64,000 nucleotides of DNA from Acidobacteria bacterium UBA2990. GTDB taxonomy: Bacteria; Acidobacteriota; Vicinamibacteria; Vicinamibacterales; UBA8438. How positions within the stretch are numbered: position 1 is the stretch's first letter; every line of letters starts with the position of its first letter. The stretch is from positions 6,877 through 70,876 of the forward strand of contig DEAE01000016.1 of NCBI GenBank assembly GCA_002347025.1, read 5' to 3'. Position numbers and translations under genes: made by a program. The notes beneath the pieces are model-generated. The model had not been told where the DNA came from, made no database searches, and was given only the letters and a program-made list of their open reading frames with translations. This document shows positions 47,656 through 56,441 of the stretch, in pieces.

Positions 47656-50348
47656 AAACGATCTTGGGTAACCGTTGCCAACCCATGGTCAACGGCCGAC
47701 CGAGCACCGTTAGGCATTGAGGCCACGTCGCCTCCATCAGGCTGCATCAGGACATGGCTCAGCAAATCGAGCCCTTCTACATCAAGGGCTACATAGGATC
47801 CACGTTTTAACTTCGCTGCAACTCTGTACATTAAGTCCAAGTGGTGGGGTGCAACATGAGCCGGGCTGGAATAGAACGCCAACGACCTTACCCCATAGAA
47901 CGGAGCGAGGTAAGACAGTCCTCCATAGTTGCCTATGAAGGCCTGAGCTCCACAGATTACCTTGGTCTGGACGTCGAGGTTATTACTAGGCTCAAGAAGG
48001 TGATCAATTGGGTGCACCTTTCTTGTAACGTCCGGCTTTAGATCCCAATGATCATCAAGATCATAACCAGGGTTTAACAGCACGACATCCGTAGTCTCCG
48101 TTATCCGCGTGAGCAACTTTCGAACGAAGATGACATTGGCTTCGGTCTCTGGGAACGCCGTATTGTGATAGAACCGAACCGCAATATACCTGTCAGGCAA
48201 TTTAGCCGAGATATCTGATATATCGAGGCTCGGCAGGCGCTTAAAAGATGCGAAATTCTCGATAAGATTGATTGATGTACGGCTCTTCCAATAGGGATAA
48301 AAAAGTCTATACATATACATTGGGTGAAACATCTGCACGTCTCTACGCTGAATGGACACCTTTACAAGTTTGACAACCTCTCGCTCAAAATCCGTGAAAG
48401 CTCTCTGCTTCATCTGTCCAGACGCGATCTGCTCTTCATTTCTCTTTTTCAACTGCTCAGGTGTGAAAAAATCAAACACATCGACGTAGTGATTACCTAT
48501 GTTCCTGTACCAGGAAGCTACTCCGCCACGAGATACGATAATCATGCGTTCTTGATCAAATTCTCGATAAGTCTTCACCCAATTCAAGAACGGCAACCAA
48601 TAAAGCAGTTCGAACCCAACCTCGCTCAGCCACGGCCCCACAATCAGCGGGCGGTCAATCTTGTGCATCTTGTCAATGACGCGGGGAATGGCCACCATCT
48701 CTTCTGTTGGCTCATCAGGATTCATTCGCGACATAACTCGCGGAACCATATATTTCTTAACGAACCCTTTTGCCGGACGCCAACGCAACACAAGATCAAG
48801 AAGATCGAACAATGGTTTAAGTAGAAACCCGCTAACAGTCAGTGGCCTTAGCTTGCGCTGCCGTTTCACCCGCACCCGTGCAAAGTGGCGTACCACCTTC
48901 AGCCCGAGAGCCGCCGGCCACAAAACACACCTAAACAGATATAGGGGCAGTCCAAGGCGCTCAGGCGAACCAGGAGAAAGCCGTCCTAGAGCTTCAATCC
49001 CGTCGGCTATGAGCGGCGTTGCTGGTACAGCTAAGCCTTCTGGGCGAACGAACCCCTCCAGAAAGCCTTTTCGCCTCGCGTCCTCCTTGAGTCCTTCAGT
49101 GAAAGCATGACTCAGTTGTTCGACATGGCGATCAAATCCTCTGGCGTTCTGAGCCAGGCCACCACCAACTTCAAGCAAATAGTGAAAATGCAGGGTACCC
49201 TCTTGAGTTCCAGCGTGTTCCTCACTTTGAATGGTGAAGACCGGTCGACCCACAACTCCGGCTTCAATTTGAGCACTCGTGTTTACGCCGACCACCATTG
49301 CACTATGAAAGAGGGAATCAAAAAAATCGTTCTTCGAGACCTCGTCTACTGGATTGGCACCACCCAATGGCCACACTACAACATCGTTAAACTCAGCTAG
49401 ATCATACTTTTGCCATGGTTGCACATTCTGGGGATGGGGCCGAACTAGCACAGCCGCTTCGCGCACCCTGACGTCGGTCGACGTTCGCAAAGCTCGGACC
49501 CAGCGATCGACGAACGCCGCTTCATTCGGAGCGATAAACCCAGAGGAACAAACATACAGAATGAAAGGCTGGTCAACTGGTAATCTGACCTTGCTACAGA
49601 ACTCCTCTCTCGTGGTGCTCGGCTTTCGATTGAACCACTGGTCGTAGACAGGAGCCCCAGTCACCAGGACATCAGCAGCATCTACACCATGCATCTCAAC
49701 TGCCTCGTGTTTCTGGAACTCGTTCCAGACATACACGCGGTCCGGTAAGAGCCGTATCAGGCCCTTGTTTGTCAGGTTGTCCCAACTGTGAACGCACAAG
49801 CCAGTCCGGATGCCACGTGCTTGAGCACTCTTGATGTAGTCAACCTGATCTGAGCCCAGATCAACCAGTGGAGTCACCAACACAACATCTGGCTCTTGTG
49901 CAGCGATGAGCCCATCAACCCAAGAATCGGTAGGAATCGCCTGCTCAATCCACAACAGCAACTTCCAAAGCAAACGCCGGCCAGTCGCGGAGTCCACTAG
50001 GGGCAACCCGCTGAACCAAGCGATTGTTCCGGGAAGCCGTGTCTCGGCTCGTTCCCTAAGCTTTTCAGCGATCTGATACTCAGGCGCACGATAGCGCAGA
50101 TAGTCAGCCCACAGCCTTACGCCGCGAGCAAGCCCCAACCAATAGCGATACGGGGTCTTCTTTGTCAGCTCAGAATAGGTAACGCTTGGGCAATCGTCGG
50201 TCAGCTCCCAAAGCAAGCGGCCGTCACCCAGGCGGTCTTGCATCACGAACGACAAATGTATGTCGTGCCCCCGAGAAGCTAACTCACGCACGGTGGAGCC
50301 AAAATTTCGGAGTGTTCCTGGATGACGCATCGAAAAGAAGATCTTCAT
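47652..50348 (-). CDS. fusion: family A domain (A2, approx 48930..50348) + family B GT9-like domain (B2, approx 47655..48653), 898 aa
   Basis: The start is reset to the ATG at 50348 (MKIFFSMRHPG, matching MKFLFVLQYPG of A1), which forms an ATGA with the stop of the Wzt-like gene. The A motifs are GIRTGLCVHSWDNLTNKG, LVRPHPQN, VVGVNTSAQIEAGVVGRPVFTI and GTLHFHYLL. The B motifs are RPLIVGPWLSEVGFELLYWLPFL, YIAVRFY and FIGNYGGLSYLAPFYGVRSLAFYS. Confidence 0.7.
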   Translation of the reverse strand: MKIFFSMRHPGTLRNFGSTVRELASRGHDIHLSFVMQDRLGDGRLLWELTDDCPSVTYSELTKKTPYRYWLGLARGVRLWADYLRYRAPEYQIAEKLRERAETRLPGTIAWFSGLPLVDSATGRRLLWKLLLWIEQAIPTDSWVDGLIAAQEPDVVLVTPLVDLGSDQVDYIKSAQARGIRTGLCVHSWDNLTNKGLIRLLPDRVYVWNEFQKHEAVEMHGVDAADVLVTGAPVYDQWFNRKPSTTREEFCSKVRLPVDQPFILYVCSSGFIAPNEAAFVDRWVRALRTSTDVRVREAAVLVRPHPQNVQPWQKYDLAEFNDVVVWPLGGANPVDEVSKNDFFDSLFHSAMVVGVNTSAQIEAGVVGRPVFTIQSEEHAGTQEGTLHFHYLLEVGGGLAQNARGFDRHVEQLSHAFTEGLKEDARRKGFLEGFVRPEGLAVPATPLIADGIEALGRLSPGSPERLGLPLYLFRCVLWPAALGLKVVRHFARVRVKRQRKLRPLTVSGFLLKPLFDLLDLVLRWRPAKGFVKKYMVPRVMSRMNPDEPTEEMVAIPRVIDKMHKIDRPLIVGPWLSEVGFELLYWLPFLNWVKTYREFDQERMIIVSRGGVASWYRNIGNHYVDVFDFFTPEQLKKRNEEQIASGQMKQRAFTDFEREVVKLVKVSIQRRDVQMFHPMYMYRLFYPYWKSRTSINLIENFASFKRLPSLDISDISAKLPDRYIAVRFYHNTAFPETEANVIFVRKLLTRITETTDVVLLNPGYDLDDHWDLKPDVTRKVHPIDHLLEPSNNLDVQTKVICGAQAFIGNYGGLSYLAPFYGVRSLAFYSSPAHVAPHHLDLMYRVAAKLKRGSYVALDVEGLDLLSHVLMQPDGGDVASMPNGARSAVDHGLATVTQDRL

Positions 50349-52219
50349 GACAAGACCTGATCTAACCAAGCACTGAGTCGCGTCGCGGTAAGTTCACTAG
50401 CTTTCTCAAGATCGACGCACTCATCCGTAACTGTCTTCACCATGGAGCGCAAGACCCGAACATGATGCGAAAAAAGTCTGCCTTCCTTTTCAAAAATCAT
50501 CAAAGTCGGCACCCGGTAGAAAGGAGGCAATAAGGAGATGCTACCGAATGTCCCAATGTAGGCACGGGCCCCGGCTATAACCTTAGCTTGCTCCCTCAAC
50601 TGGCTCTCAGATCGGCCTGGCGCTGGCACGACCTGAACATTGTTCGAATCAGAGTTCCCCTGTAGCCGAGGAACAAAACCATCAGAATCGACCAACCTAA
50701 CCGGTAGACGTTTGGCTAGATCGAGCGATATCCAATTCATTAAATCGCGGTGCGGCTTAGTATCCTCAAAAGAAGAGCTAAACCGGAAACCTAACACCGC
50801 GTAAGGCTGAGCTTCCTTTTGGATTGACTCGGTCGTAGCTACCGGCGGAGTCAACGGCTCATAACGCGAATGCTCATCCAACCACGAATCTGGCAATGAT
50901 CCATCCCAAACCCTCGAGCATGCATTGAAGAGAAGAGAGGGATGGACTACGGCATAGTCCTTCGTATCAATCCGCTGTGCGACACATTCAAGCAGCTCGG
51001 TATCAAAATTCGATATCTGCTTCTGTTTCCAGGACCCAGTCTCTTTGATTCGGTCTCGATTTCGATGCTCAAACACATCAAATGAAACTAGGTCGCACAC
51101 ATCGATATAAGATCCCACAAGGCTGCCATACCACTCATCAACCCGTCCGCGCGACACCGCAACAACAGGCCCAGGCGGCCTACCGAATTGACTAAACATC
51201 CAGGCAACAAACGGTCGCCAATAAAGCAATTCCAGTCCCACATCAGAAAGGCACGGACCAATAATGATTGGCCTGTGTCCGTCCCAAGCCTGAGTCACAT
51301 GATGGGACACATCAGGAGCAACACCTGTTCTTTCAAGACTGCGCACAGCCCGGCGAACGATTTCGCCAGGTTCTAAGCGAACAGGGGCATCAGGTGACCG
51401 GCTACCATCCTCGACAAGCCGAGATTGCACTTGGTCTAGGCGATTGAGCCGATAAACAAACTTGTCATAAACCGGTAGGACCATCTGAGGACTACCCTCA
51501 TAAACAACATCGCCTTCATGCAAGATCATCGCGCGTGAGAAGTTCGCTTGCTCTGGAAGACCTGCCGCTACTGACGATAGAATGAGATTCGCGCCCTGCT
51601 CTAGGACCAGCCCTACACGATCCGCCACCCGTCTCGACACCGGATCGTCACCGGCCCTCGGAAAACCGTCAAAGATACGAATGTCCTTCGGAACAACTAG
51701 AGCTGACACCAACCCCAATTGACCTCCACGCTCCTTCGGCAGGTCGATGAGCTTAGTGTCCCTCTCATCTGACAACCCTGTAATATCAAGCACCTCTTCA
51801 CAGCACTTACCGGAAAGTTCGGGCTCGACGCCATGAATGGCGGTAGCAAGCTGCACACACTCCCAAACCGTCAAAAAAGCAACCATTCCCACAGGTCTGG
51901 CACCCACCAGACCCACGCGGCCACCAGCATGGACATGCCCCGCATCGGCACGCAACATCCCCGTCAACAGCTTTGCGATAGTCGTCTTGCCAGAACCTGC
52001 CGCTCCGAGAACAAGGACGTTCTCACCTTCTCGCATCGTGACGGAAAATCCTCGGATCGCCACCCACTCATCAGGTCGGAGACGATTCAGCGACCGCTTA
52101 CCAAAACGAAAAATATCTGCGAACACATGTCGACGTCCCAGCTCAAAATCAGAGGTAAATACCTTGGCAAGAGCTTTACATTCAAGCAACGTCCTGGGCC
52201 TAGCCGTGCTCATCATCAC
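50345..52219 (-). CDS. fusion: Wzt/TagH-type ABC nucleotide-binding domain with degenerate catalytic motifs (approx 51425..52219) + family B GT9-like domain (B3, approx 50348..51274)
   Basis: The Walker A motif LGAAGSGKTT is intact. The Walker B region reads IRIFDGFPRAGD, against the subfamily pattern hhhhDE.L.VGD, so Gly185 replaces the catalytic Glu. The H-loop reads LILSSV, against VSH. The signature region reads KERGGQ. The C-terminal part (RPIIIGPCLSDVGLELLYWRPF ... YIGTFGSISLLPPFYRVPTLMIFE) is homologous to B1 and B2. Confidence 0.7.
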   Translation of the reverse strand: MMMSTARPRTLLECKALAKVFTSDFELGRRHVFADIFRFGKRSLNRLRPDEWVAIRGFSVTMREGENVLVLGAAGSGKTTIAKLLTGMLRADAGHVHAGGRVGLVGARPVGMVAFLTVWECVQLATAIHGVEPELSGKCCEEVLDITGLSDERDTKLIDLPKERGGQLGLVSALVVPKDIRIFDGFPRAGDDPVSRRVADRVGLVLEQGANLILSSVAAGLPEQANFSRAMILHEGDVVYEGSPQMVLPVYDKFVYRLNRLDQVQSRLVEDGSRSPDAPVRLEPGEIVRRAVRSLERTGVAPDVSHHVTQAWDGHRPIIIGPCLSDVGLELLYWRPFVAWMFSQFGRPPGPVVAVSRGRVDEWYGSLVGSYIDVCDLVSFDVFEHRNRDRIKETGSWKQKQISNFDTELLECVAQRIDTKDYAVVHPSLLFNACSRVWDGSLPDSWLDEHSRYEPLTPPVATTESIQKEAQPYAVLGFRFSSSFEDTKPHRDLMNWISLDLAKRLPVRLVDSDGFVPRLQGNSDSNNVQVVPAPGRSESQLREQAKVIAGARAYIGTFGSISLLPPFYRVPTLMIFEKEGRLFSHHVRVLRSMVKTVTDECVDLEKASELTATRLSAWLDQVLS

Positions 52220-52253
52220 CTAACCAGTAGCATCAACAAACGGTCACCCATCC

Positions 52254-53072
52254 TCAACGCCTTGCCTGAGGCAGGCTCTGCACTGCCAGGGGCATAGCTC
52301 GTTGAAAAAACAAGTAGATGCCCCCAGCCAGCACAGCGAGAAGGGCAACACACATGAGGAAAAGCAAATCATTATCCGTGGCCCCACTAACAAGCCACCG
52401 CCGAGGAATGTTAATTAGATAAGTCAGTGGATTCCAACGGTTAACCACAGCCAGTAACCCCGTTTCTGGTTCCGCGTACAAAATAGGGGCCGTCCACAAC
52501 AGGACCGGAGCAAGCATTGGCAAACCGAAGCGAAAATCAAGGTAAACGAAGGTCAAGGGAACAAAACAAGCACCCACAATTAACCCACCCAAGACGATCA
52601 CGGGCAAGGCAAACACCCCCAGAGGTAGCGTCAAGGGTGGCGAAGCACTCGTCAGTAGGTAGGCAGATAAGAATAGCGCCCCATAAAACATCGAGTTAAA
52701 CAACACAAGTCCAGCACCGGCCGTCAGCACTGCCTCAGGACGCAATGGACCATCAACGAATGTCCGGCGCAGTCGTCTGCCGAGCCACTGCGGAGCGATG
52801 ACGGCGTCCCAGAACATCTGCCACAGTAAGAATCCGCTCAAAGCGTAAAGCACATACTCACCTGCACTCATATCACCACCGAAACCAAAGGCATTGCCTA
52901 CTAGAATCAACGGTAATACCGCCATCAAAGGACGAGCAATAGCCCATACGTATTTCAGAAAAGCCTGCCGATAGCGCGCGCGAAAATCCCTCAGGAAAAG
53001 CAGTCGTCCGACGAAAACTAATTGCCTCACACTCGATTGCTGGGTCGACTGACATCTCCAATGCTTATTCAT
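52254..53072 (-). CDS. ABC-2-type polysaccharide exporter permease (Wzm/TagG/KpsM-like)
   Basis: F.RDFRARYRQ.FL...WA...PL, followed by 6 hydrophobic segments, is typical of ABC-2 permeases. The start is reset to the ATG at 53072 (MNKHW..), which forms an ATGA with the stop of 53069..54586. The track start at 53120 would overlap by 52 nt. Confidence 0.75.
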   Translation of the reverse strand: MNKHWRCQSTQQSSVRQLVFVGRLLFLRDFRARYRQAFLKYVWAIARPLMAVLPLILVGNAFGFGGDMSAGEYVLYALSGFLLWQMFWDAVIAPQWLGRRLRRTFVDGPLRPEAVLTAGAGLVLFNSMFYGALFLSAYLLTSASPPLTLPLGVFALPVIVLGGLIVGACFVPLTFVYLDFRFGLPMLAPVLLWTAPILYAEPETGLLAVVNRWNPLTYLINIPRRWLVSGATDNDLLFLMCVALLAVLAGGIYLFFQRAMPLAVQSLPQARR

Positions 53073-54586
53073 GATTCGTTGCCCCACGCTGTTGTCTGTC
53101 GCAACGTACGGAGGACCCACCCAGCCAGACGTTCACTCGCACCACCAGCAGGAACTCCACAACAACGATGGACCAATTCACATCTCGCTTCCTCATCCTT
53201 ACTTGGGTCCACCAGATAGGAACGTACTAACTCGATTAGATCGCCTGGGCTTGTTGCAATACGAGCCGCTTGAGTCTCAACTACCGCCTGGTAGTGCTCG
53301 TACTGATAATACCGACTAATTGACAATGGTAAATCCAAGTTCGGCACCTCATCGTAGCCAACATTGACCACGGGAGTATCGAACAGGGCTGCTTCTATTG
53401 TCGTAGTCGATGCGAAATTCACGATGACGTCACTGTGCGCTAAAGTGCCAGCCAGACGACGACGGTCGCCGATGTCCGGCGTGAAAGCATCAAAGTAATG
53501 TACGCCAGGCCCACACTGAAGCCGGTGGAACGGCTTTTCCACAAACACCCGGTGCCCATCATGAAGACCTTGATACGACTCAGTGGCATCCCTGGGGTGG
53601 ACTCGCACAAGCAGCTGGACATCAGTCCCCAACTTGCTGTCTCTTGCCGCTGCAACCAAGGTTTCCACGACTTTCTCTGTGGTTGGGTACACCGGGGCAG
53701 GGGCGCTTGCTAAAGTCACTAATGGCCTTGCCGGGTCAGCCCCAAAAGCTCTAAAAAACTCCTGCCTCGTCGGAATGGTGTCACCCTGGCTATACACATC
53801 AAACGACACTGGTCCTGTGACCGCCACGCGATCGGGATGAAACCCGTGATAACGAACCGCCTCGGTCCGCATGGTCTCATTCCATACAGCCAAATGGTCA
53901 ACAGGGAGAACGGTGTGGTATTTGGATGAGAGATTGTCCCACCCAAGATCGACTCCCATTTGGGGCACACCAAAGGCCTTGGCTGCATAAATAAGCGGTA
54001 CCTCCAGGGGAAGGAATCCTGCAGTGGAAGTCACCAACATTACCGGCCGATAGGTTTCGAATAGACTTCGGTAACCTTCTAGATTAGTTATAGCCTGCGC
54101 TAGACGAAACCACCTACTCCGCGATAGCGGTAGGCGGCAAACGACTGCCTTGATCGCACTTAACAATTTCCGTCCACGCCACCCATCGAGCAATCTGGCC
54201 CGATCACGCTGAAGGCGAACCGCACGCAGCTTAGACTCCAGAAGAAATTTCTCGCTCAGGATAGAATCGACCACCCGCTCGAGGATTCCTGGTCTGAACT
54301 CAGGTAACGGCAGACAAATCACACCGGCACATTTGAGTTCGTTGGCCAGCCGGTCGTCTGAAGCGAACGGCGACAAGACTGCAATTCTTAGACTCGGCCG
54401 CGCATCAAGCAGGAAACGGAGAAACGACCCGCGAGCTAGGTCGGCCACATGGTGACCAGCCGGCACTGACAAAAAGATCGTCGACTGGCCGACTCGTGGA
54501 CCAGACAAAGAGTGATCTAATAGCCCTTCTATCGTCTCTTTCGTTGGTCCTATCGGCAAGCTCGAAGTGACCATCATAGGATGCAA
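53069..54586 (-). CDS. family A paralog 3 (divergent): uncharacterised GT-B-like transferase, 505 aa
   Basis: GVPQMGVDLGWDNLSSKY, AVWNE..R.EAV.YHGF..DRV.VTGPV.FD, LLVRVHPRD and VIVNFASTTTIEAALFDTPVVNV are collinear with the A1/A2 motifs. Confidence 0.55.
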   Translation of the reverse strand: MHPMMVTSSLPIGPTKETIEGLLDHSLSGPRVGQSTIFLSVPAGHHVADLARGSFLRFLLDARPSLRIAVLSPFASDDRLANELKCAGVICLPLPEFRPGILERVVDSILSEKFLLESKLRAVRLQRDRARLLDGWRGRKLLSAIKAVVCRLPLSRSRWFRLAQAITNLEGYRSLFETYRPVMLVTSTAGFLPLEVPLIYAAKAFGVPQMGVDLGWDNLSSKYHTVLPVDHLAVWNETMRTEAVRYHGFHPDRVAVTGPVSFDVYSQGDTIPTRQEFFRAFGADPARPLVTLASAPAPVYPTTEKVVETLVAAARDSKLGTDVQLLVRVHPRDATESYQGLHDGHRVFVEKPFHRLQCGPGVHYFDAFTPDIGDRRRLAGTLAHSDVIVNFASTTTIEAALFDTPVVNVGYDEVPNLDLPLSISRYYQYEHYQAVVETQAARIATSPGDLIELVRSYLVDPSKDEEARCELVHRCCGVPAGGASERLAGWVLRTLRQTTAWGNES

Positions 54587-54587
54587 G

Positions 54588-55088
54588 TTACGTCTTTGCT
54601 TGTGCGATCAAGTCGCAGACTTCACGCACAGCGCCGTAGCCCCCCATCCGCGAAGTAATGAATTGGGCAACGTCCTGTACTTCAGGATAAGCATCAGCTA
54701 CACAAATCGAAATGCCAACATTTCGCAGACAGTCCAGATCGTTGACATCGTTACCAACATAAGCCACGGCCCTCAGATCAAGCCCACGCTCTGTAATAAT
54801 TGTTCGAAGGGTCGCCCATTTGGTATCACCAAGGCCTTGTTTACACTCTAGTTGTAGCTTCGTAGCACGAGCCGATACAACAGGATTGGTCTCTGTTGAC
54901 AGAACCATACAATCGACGCCGACCCGACCTAACATCTGCACACCTAGCCCATCCGACCTGGAACAATAAACAGATTCCCGGCCATCTTCTCCGACTAAAA
55001 CTCGGTTGTCCGTGAACACCCCATCAAAGTCAAAAACAACGAAGGTAACCGCACTGAGGTGATCCTTTGTGATTGGTATAGCCATCAT
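54588..55088 (-). CDS. KdsC-family HAD phosphatase (ulosonate-phosphate phosphatase)
   Basis: It has VVFDFDGVFTDN (the DxD nucleophile motif), ....DG.G...L...G......ST......V..RA..L and YVGNDVND, typical of Kdo-8-P / Kdn-9-P phosphatases. Confidence 0.8.
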   Translation of the reverse strand: MMAIPITKDHLSAVTFVVFDFDGVFTDNRVLVGEDGRESVYCSRSDGLGVQMLGRVGVDCMVLSTETNPVVSARATKLQLECKQGLGDTKWATLRTIITERGLDLRAVAYVGNDVNDLDCLRNVGISICVADAYPEVQDVAQFITSRMGGYGAVREVCDLIAQAKT

Positions 55089-55297
55089 TCGGACCGAACT
55101 TGATGAATCTTGGCCCTACCAGTCTTAAAACGGATGGTGCCGACATGCCTAGATCCAAAATTCGAACCAAGCAGAACATCAGTCATACCACCCCGCATAA
55201 TCTGACGCAGCCGCCTGAAACCGGCCAAAAGAAAGTAAATTTCCCCTCCCGCCATCAAGTAGCACGCTGACTCGCCCTTTGCCGACCCGACGCCCAT
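55085..55297 (-). CDS. possible small ORF translationally coupled to the KdsC-like gene (up to 70 aa; very uncertain)
   Basis: The only support is that its TGA overlaps the kdsC-like ATG as ATGA (55085..55088), and that it lies in an otherwise unexplained 387-bp gap. It has no recognisable motif. Confidence 0.2.
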   Translation of the reverse strand: MGVGSAKGESACYLMAGGEIYFLLAGFRRLRQIMRGGMTDVLLGSNFGSRHVGTIRFKTGRAKIHQVRSE

Positions 55298-55475
55298 GGC
55301 TCCCGGCCAACTTTGCCGACGAATTTTCTCGGTGAAGCCTCTGAGAGGGAAAACTGATCAGGGGATACAGGGGTAACAGCCAACAAGTTGAACAAATTTT
55401 ACAGTATGGCACGGCGGCGATCAATATGCATCACCTGCTGGTATCACTACCTAGGACACCGACAGTCTGGCCAAA

Positions 55476-56441
55476 TCACACTTCGAACTCGACAAGCGGT
55501 AGGTTGGCGGCCGCCACATATTTGTAGATGTCCTCTTGTTTCCTACGCATCCAAACGTCGTAACGCTTTAGCAGTCTAAAAGCATCAGCTGGGCTACAAG
55601 CTGGAATCTCTGCACCGACATCATTACGGAGAAAATAAGCATTTACCCCGGTGGGCTCAGTTGCTACTAGTCGATACCCTTTAGCAGCACCGAGTTTAGC
55701 CAGAGCCGCTAGCGAAGCACCATAGTAAACAAATCGATGCTTATGCACGTCAAATTGTGGATCGTAGGGAATCGTAACGGCTCGGTCTGGTCCAAAAGCA
55801 GAATTGTATTCCACGACAACGACCCTCGGCGAACAAGCTGTTACAGCCTCCCAAACCCAATAATCATTCCCATCAAGATCGATACTCATAAAATCGATCT
55901 CGCCATCCAGTCCAGCATTGGCAATCAACTCGTTAATGTTTTCACGGGTAATCCAGGCACCTAACGCGACCACGCCAGGAAAACGCCGACCAACTTGCAC
56001 CATCCGCTCTTTATCACCATCAAGCATCAACCCTGTCCACCCCAACTCACTTGCGAGACAGGCTGAATTACCTCCACTCAGGCCAGACCCTACTTCCACG
56101 AACCGACGATTAGTTGAACCAATCTGTTCAAAGATCGCCAATGTGATGCCATCCTCTTCGTTTTGAGAGTTCAGACGATACCTACGAACCATTAAACGCT
56201 GAGGGTAGGGCAGGCTTTCTGAATCCAAGTGGTGCATACGAAGGACAGCCTGCACGTCCGGACCCAACCGCGAGACCCGTCGAGACACCTTCATCAAAAC
56301 CGTAGTCATTGCCTGCTGCTCAGTCTCGAGGGTTTCCAACCTCTTGTTGGCTGCGGTCAATTCCAAACGCAGGAGGCGAATCTCATCTAGCAACTCTTGA
56401 TAAGCACGGCCGGTCTCCACATCTTCATCCTCAATCATCAC
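55476..56441 (-). CDS. family C paralog 3: coiled coil + FkbM-like methyltransferase-like domain
   Basis: It shows SQNEEDGITLAIF..IG.TNRRFVEVGSGLSGGNSACL....GWTGLMLDG ... IDFMSIDLDGNDYWVWEAV. It is ATGA-coupled to the upstream 133-aa gene. Confidence 0.6.
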   Translation of the reverse strand: MMIEDEDVETGRAYQELLDEIRLLRLELTAANKRLETLETEQQAMTTVLMKVSRRVSRLGPDVQAVLRMHHLDSESLPYPQRLMVRRYRLNSQNEEDGITLAIFEQIGSTNRRFVEVGSGLSGGNSACLASELGWTGLMLDGDKERMVQVGRRFPGVVALGAWITRENINELIANAGLDGEIDFMSIDLDGNDYWVWEAVTACSPRVVVVEYNSAFGPDRAVTIPYDPQFDVHKHRFVYYGASLAALAKLGAAKGYRLVATEPTGVNAYFLRNDVGAEIPACSPADAFRLLKRYDVWMRRKQEDIYKYVAAANLPLVEFEV

